Shown here piece after piece: positions 61,406 through 64,000 of a stretch of DNA of 64,000 nucleotides. A program made the translations under genes and the position numbers. The notes below the pieces were generated by a model. That model saw only the letters and a program-made list of their open reading frames with translations, searched no databases and was not told the DNA's origin. Numbering within the stretch: position 1 is the stretch's first letter; each line of letters begins with the position of its first letter. The DNA lies in contig CBDCDW010000005.1 in NCBI GenBank assembly GCA_965215595.1, positions 235,316 through 299,315 of the forward strand. The letters are read 5' to 3'. The stretch is from an uncultured Candidatus Binatia bacterium. Its GTDB lineage: Bacteria; Desulfobacterota; Binatia; UBA9968; CAXXLF01.

Positions 61406-63434
61406 ATGTCTATTTTTGATGCCTCTACCGCTGGTCTAATCGCCGTCTTTCAGTATCCCGCGTTTCCCCTGATGCTCCTGGGGATCGTGATCGGATTTAT
61501 AGTGGGGTTATTGCCGGGATTAGGGGGAGCGACAACCCTCGCCTTGATGCTCCCCTTTATCTACGATATGCCACCCATCGCCGCATTTGCCTTTCTCTTA
61601 GGGATGCATTCGGTCACGTCGACTACCGGAGATATCACCTCGGTCCTCTTTGGGAGAGGGAACGGCGGCAGCTACCATCGTTGACGGTCACCCCATGGCC
61701 AAAAAGGGAGAGGCTGGTAGGGCCCTTGGGGCCGCCCTCTTCAGTTCTTTGGTTGGAGCGGTGATCGGTGCCTTTGTTCTAGCCGCCTCCATTCCCATCA
61801 TTACGCCACTGGTGCTTGCCCTGGGTTCGCCTGAATTCTTCATGTTGGCCATACTCGGCATAAGCTTTATTGCCGCTCTAAGCGGAGGTTCGTTGACTCG
61901 TGGGCTGATCGCTGGCTGCACGGGATTGCTGTTGGCCACCATCGGTCTGGATCCACGAACCGGTGCCATGCGGGTTGGTTTCGATATGCCTTACATGATG
62001 AGTGGCATCAGCCTGGTGCCGGTGGGTATCGGGTTGTTTGCTATTCCTGAGATTATCGACCTGGCCGTGCGAGGAACAAGTATCGCCGAGACCAACGTGG
62101 GCAAGCTTGGTGGGGTATGGGAGGGGGTCAAGGATACCTTCCGGCATTGGGGCGTCACTCTTCGATGCAGCCTTCTTGGCACATTCATCGGTATCATCCC
62201 GGGGTTGGGAGGCGGCGTGGCGCAGTGGATCGCTTACGGACATGCGGTGCAGAGTGCAGACGACAAGAGTCAGTTCGGGAGAGGCGATGTGCGCGGCGTG
62301 CTGGGACCGGGGGCAGCGAATAACTCCAAAGAGGGTGGGAGCTTGATCCCCACCATAGCCTTTGCCGTACCGGGAAGCTTGAGCATGGCCATCCTCCTCG
62401 GTGCCTTCTTGATCTTGGGTCTAAATCCCGGTCCGGAGATGCTAACAAAGGACCTGAATATTACCCTCTCCATGGTTTGGGTGATCGTCATCTCCAACAT
62501 CATTACCGTCCTCATCAGCCTGGCCTTCCTGGATCAGCTGGCGAAGATCACCACCGTACGGGGTGTTCTATTGATTCCCTTCCTCCTGATGCTGATCTAT
62601 CTCGGCGCCTTTGCGACCAACAACCACATTGGCGATATGATCATGATGGTCCTGTTCGGCCTCTTAGGTTACATCATGGTCTTGTTTCACTGGCCTCGTC
62701 CACCGCTGGTTTTGGGATTGGTATTGGGCCACCTGGCGGAGAACTATCTCTTTATATCTGCCAATATTTACGGCGCTAGAATGATGATACAACCGGGGGT
62801 TATTATCATTTCGATTTTGATCATAGCCGCCATTGTTTATCCGCTCTATCAGAACCGGCGCGATAAACGTGCGGAGGATGCCAGCCAAACCTTAACCCCG
62901 GAATCCGAGCAGACCTCATCTGCCAAGCCCAAAAGCAGTGTGAATTTTCACTTCCAACCAAAACTGGTGGTCAGCCTTGCGTTTGCTACATTTACAGCTT
63001 TCTTCTTATGGGCAGGAAGGGATTGGCCCTTCGAGGCACGACTTTTTCCTTGGTTTGTTGCCATTCCGGCCCTTGCGTTGTCGTTGTTGGAGTTCGGCCG
63101 TGACTTAACAACCGCATCAGGAAAAGCAAGGGGCCAAATTCTCGATTTTCAGTTTGCCGAGGGTATTGACCCCGCTGTGGCCCGTCCACGAATGCTCAAC
63201 ATCCTGTCTTGGACCCTGGGCATACTTGCCGCGGTGTGGCTGGTGGGAGTCGAAATTACCATGACCGGTATGACCTTTGCCTATCTAAAATTCCAGGGCG
63301 GAGAGCGCTGGGTCATTACTCTCGTTCTGACCCTCATCGCCTGGTTGTTCGTACGTCTCCTCTTTATTGAATTTATGCATCTCCCCTTCCCCGAGGGAAT
63401 CATCATTGAAGGCATCCGCAGCCTATTTGAATAA
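61406..63434 (+). pseudogene. TctA-family large permease with C-terminal TctB-like extension; frameshift around 61650-61684
   Basis: ORF 61406..61684 (MSIFDASTAGLIAVFQYPAFPLMLLGIVIGFIVGLLPGLGGATTLALMLPF... is the TctA N-terminus) and ORF 61650..63434 (...TAAATIVDGHPMAKKGEAGRALGAALFSS... continues TctA) overlap in different frames. The C-terminal ~150 aa after the TctA core are hydrophobic and TctB-like. Confidence 0.6.
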
Positions 63435-63630
63435 CCTTTCCGCCTTCCTGTTGCTCAAATTCTTATAACTAACCCGACTTAGCGGATTCGACCCCCTCGA
63501 TAACTTTTTTCGCGTTTTAAGTAGCCAATTTCCAAGGCGAGGTGAGCCCGAAATGGGCCTAAACAGCCTGTAGTGAAGACCTACCCCCTTTTCAGGGTTG
63601 CCCAACACGCAGTATTCTACGTGCGCTATG

Positions 63631-64000
63631 TTCTTACGTTGCACGAAACGCAACAAAGATGGCAAGGAACACCGTTACTGGAATGTGGTGGAGAACCGCC
63701 GGGTAACAGGTGGACGAGTCGTTCAGCGCCAGGTGCTCTATCTCGGTGAGATCAACGACTCTCAGCATCAGGCGTGGCGTAAGACCATCGAGGTCTTCGA
63801 GGATGGAGCCGTATTGCCGCGTACGATAGCACTGTTTGCCGAGGATCGGCCTGTAGAAATTGATGACGACGAAGTGGTGCAGATCCGGCTGAAGGATCTG
63901 GAACTGCACCGGCCCAGACAGTGGGGCGCATGCTGGCTGGCCTGTCACCTGTACGAGCAGTTGGGGCTCGATGAGTTCTGGGCGACACGGTTGGAGCCGA
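63631..64000 (+). CDS. IS1634 (IS4-superfamily) transposase, N-terminal ~123 aa; continues beyond the right window edge
   Basis: MFLRCTKRNKDGKEHRYWNVVENRRVTGGRVVQRQVLYLGEINDSQHQAWRKTIEVFEDG is the highly characteristic IS1634-family N-terminus. The frame is open to the window end. Confidence 0.6.

Noticed and set aside
1-64000. CRISPR arrays, rRNA or tRNA genes
   Set aside because: I found no regularly spaced short direct repeats with unique spacers. The tandem repeats present are gene-internal or IS-related duplications. There are no rRNA-like or cloverleaf-forming segments.

Overview
This 64-kb window looks like an accessory (island-like) region of a bacterial chromosome, with mixed GC content and a heavy mobile-element load. 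Many sigma-54 enhancer-binding proteins, GAF/PAS signalling domains, Tct transporters and UbiD-family enzymes suggest an anaerobic Desulfobacterota/Nitrospirota-like host, but that is inference only.

In order along the window:

(i) A five-gene signalling module at 3.4-9.3 kb: an unknown protein, a GAF-PAS histidine kinase, a CheY-like receiver, an NtrC-type sigma-54 activator, and a class III nucleotidyl cyclase with a C-terminal membrane anchor. A canonical -24/-12 sigma-54 promoter sits just upstream of the cyclase. The whole block is bracketed by a ~110-bp direct repeat of the 3' end of a dienelactone hydrolase gene, so it looks like an inserted cassette.

(ii) A high-GC block at 9.4-19.3 kb: a fused squalene/phytoene-synthase plus polyprenyl-diphosphate-synthase gene, an amidohydrolase, AlkB, and an 1139-aa cyclase-NTPase-TPR protein with STAND-like architecture. 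A fragment of a cyclase gene 5' end and a family of ~70-bp dispersed repeats lie in the same block.

(iii) A mobile-element and decay zone at 19.5-34.9 kb: a truncated IS256-like transposase inside a 947-bp tandem duplication that is interrupted by an IS3 element, followed by three tandem PF04392-type substrate-binding-protein paralogues (one carries an in-frame TAA, one has an N-terminal frameshift and an internal duplication). Two near-identical ~800-bp copies of an ORF-less group-II-intron-like element (clear domain V) flank a carboxymuconolactone-decarboxylase-family gene and abut IS1182/IS5-type inverted repeats. Two inverted 1632-bp IS1182-family copies enclose ridA and two HuH (IS200-like) transposases.

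(iv) An aromatic/xenobiotic catabolic island at 35-63.4 kb: a Rieske oxygenase alpha subunit, a GAF sigma-54 activator with a degenerate GAFTGA motif (GVATGV), a desaturase, hicAB, a TPP enzyme, VOC, alpha/beta hydrolase, LLM monooxygenase, TetR, a bicupin and a ComDE-like two-subunit TPP decarboxylase. The most notable feature is four UbiD-family (prFMN-type) decarboxylase/carboxylase paralogues in 9 kb, with a MocA oxidoreductase, an orphan SBP and TctC/TctA(B) genes. TctC carries an in-frame TAA and TctA a frameshift.

(v) The 5' end of an IS1634-family transposase at the right edge.

I see multiple in-frame TAA codons and frameshifts, mostly in transport genes; together with the IS density this suggests ongoing pseudogenisation, though assembly or sequencing errors cannot be excluded.

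All calls rest on reading the translations and the DNA by eye. No database searches were run.
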